From the NCBI GenBank assembly GCA_028864975.1, contig JAGWLG010000002.1, forward strand, positions 125,481 to 189,480: DNA of 64,000 nt, in the 5' to 3' direction. The notes under the pieces were generated by a model that saw nothing but the letters and a program-made list of their open reading frames with translations, did not search any database and was not told the origin of the DNA. The stretch comes from Thermoplasmata archaeon (GTDB taxonomy: Archaea; Thermoplasmatota; Thermoplasmata; Lutacidiplasmatales; UBA184). The translations under genes and the position numbers were made by a program. How positions within the stretch are numbered: the first letter of the stretch is position 1; every line of letters starts with the position of its first letter. Shown one piece after another: positions 63,920 through 64,000 of the stretch.

Positions 63920-64000
63920 CGCGGGCCCCTCTCCCCTCTGGCGTGGACGTCGAGGGACTTCGTGCCAAGTACCAAGCCCTCGGTCCTGAACTCACAGAAC

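Noticed and set aside
1-64000. Hundreds of long alternative-frame ORFs in the ORF track (for example 4879-7011 minus, 10862-12361 plus, 14699-16222 minus, 41255-42832 minus)
   Set aside because: They are shadows of real genes: Arg/Pro/Gly-rich, motif-free translations expected when stop codons are rare at this GC content.
1-64000. Very frequent CTCGAG/GAGCTC/TCGA words as a repeat family or methylation signal
   Set aside because: Mostly explained by CTC-GAG (Leu-Glu) and GAG-CTC codon pairs inside genes; would need a codon-aware enrichment test.
1-64000. tRNA, rRNA, CRISPR array, IS element
   Set aside because: No cloverleaf with a T-loop/acceptor stem, no regularly spaced repeats and no transposase motif was recognised by eye; intergenic gaps are mostly too short.

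Overview
A 64-kb, very GC-rich, gene-dense archaeal chromosomal segment. Archaeal-type PurP, TrpRS, TruA, a single-OB SSB, a tricorn-factor-like M1 aminopeptidase, a class III signal peptide and short TATA-like boxes upstream of many starts point to a high-GC Thermoplasmata lineage (inference). Most of the window is housekeeping or metabolic: a xanthine-dehydrogenase-family Mo-enzyme operon coupled to purP and gcvT, nadCA, carAB, truA, ssb, trpS, polX, peptidases, transporters and a two-component cluster. The standout is a six-gene operon at 47045-57192, mostly linked by 4-nt start/stop overlaps. It encodes a 1806-aa PKD/Ig surface protein, a VirB2-like pilin, a VirB6-like membrane protein, a PrgI/VirB3-like protein, a small membrane protein and a VirB4-like ATPase. 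No relaxase, coupling protein, integrase or tRNA/att boundary is visible and composition is host-like, so it looks like a domesticated, Ced/Ted-like conjugation-derived apparatus in a Thermoplasmata-like host. Other notable items: a two-domain alpha-arrestin-like protein ending in PPPY, a type IV pilin-like protein with a low-GC GxxN beta-solenoid insert, a DnaJ-PH fusion, two effector-less STAND-TPR ATPases, a PolX with a degenerate PHP domain, and a carA that seems to need a non-canonical start. No tRNA, rRNA, CRISPR array or IS element was recognised. All family calls come from motif recognition by eye, not database searches.
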